Source: Vicugna vicugna (lineage: Eukaryota). Taken from it: DNA of 64,000 bases. Numbering within the stretch: position 1 is the first letter of the stretch; each line of letters opens with the position of its first letter. The translations under genes were made by a program, and so were the position numbers. Location of the stretch: the NCBI GenBank assembly GCA_013265495.1, contig MU058065.1, forward strand, positions 7,502,302 through 7,566,301. Direction: 5' to 3'. Of this stretch, positions 63,681-64,000 are shown in pieces. The notes under the pieces are model-generated. The model was not told where the DNA came from. It made no database searches and saw nothing but the letters and a program-made list of their open reading frames with translations.

Positions 63681-64000
63681 CTTCAGTGGAATTCAATTGA
63701 AGAGGGTTGGGTGCAAGCAACAGAATATACTCATACTGACTGAAGGAGAAATTATTCAAGGGACCATAGAATGACTCAGAAACTAAAGGCCCCTGAGAAG
63801 CTCCAGGGATCCATTTACAGGTTCCCAAGGGTATTCCAATTAGGAAAAATCAGTAAGTCCTTAGAGACAGTCTCATTGGCTTAACTGGGCAATGAGCCCA
63901 CCACTTAATAGACAGTGGCATCATAAGTAAACTCATGGGAGAGGGTTAAGTCCACACATGAAAACTGAGGAGCTCTAGAAAGAAGGGAGAAGGGGGATGG

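Noticed and set aside
1..64000. CRISPR arrays, operons, tRNA/rRNA genes, endogenous viral coding regions, processed pseudogenes
   Set aside because: Mammalian repeat-rich DNA; no regular repeat-spacer array, no gag/pol/env sequence (all LTRs are solo), and no mRNA-like segment recognised. Small exons could still be missed without alignment

Overview
Mammalian genomic DNA that looks intronic or intergenic. I found no supportable protein-coding gene, tRNA or rRNA. The ORFs in the track are short and arise by chance, from microsatellites, or from decayed retroelements; the only real protein similarity is to disrupted LINE-1 ORF2. Much of the window is old eutherian interspersed repeats: MIR, L2, several L1 generations, MaLR LTRs (MLT1), ERVL LTRs (LTR33, MER74-like), and hAT or mariner MITEs (MER58, MER20, MER33, MER53, MER63, MER94, MER103, MER113, MADE2). 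A MER41_BT-like ERV1 solo LTR and artiodactyl-type L1 3' UTRs, with no recognisable Alu, CHR, Bov, PRE, ERE or SINEC SINEs, suggest a cetartiodactyl, most likely a camelid (inference). The most notable signals are a twin-primed 5'-inverted L1, several nested insertions with target-site duplications (TSDs), and repeat-free blocks carrying regulatory motif clusters (CRE and GC box; TCF/FOX/PBX-HOX/MEIS; perfect DR4 and ER2 nuclear-receptor elements). I did not find a convincing new biological system. Repeat names come from my recollection of consensus sequences, not from a search, and most boundaries without a TSD are approximate.
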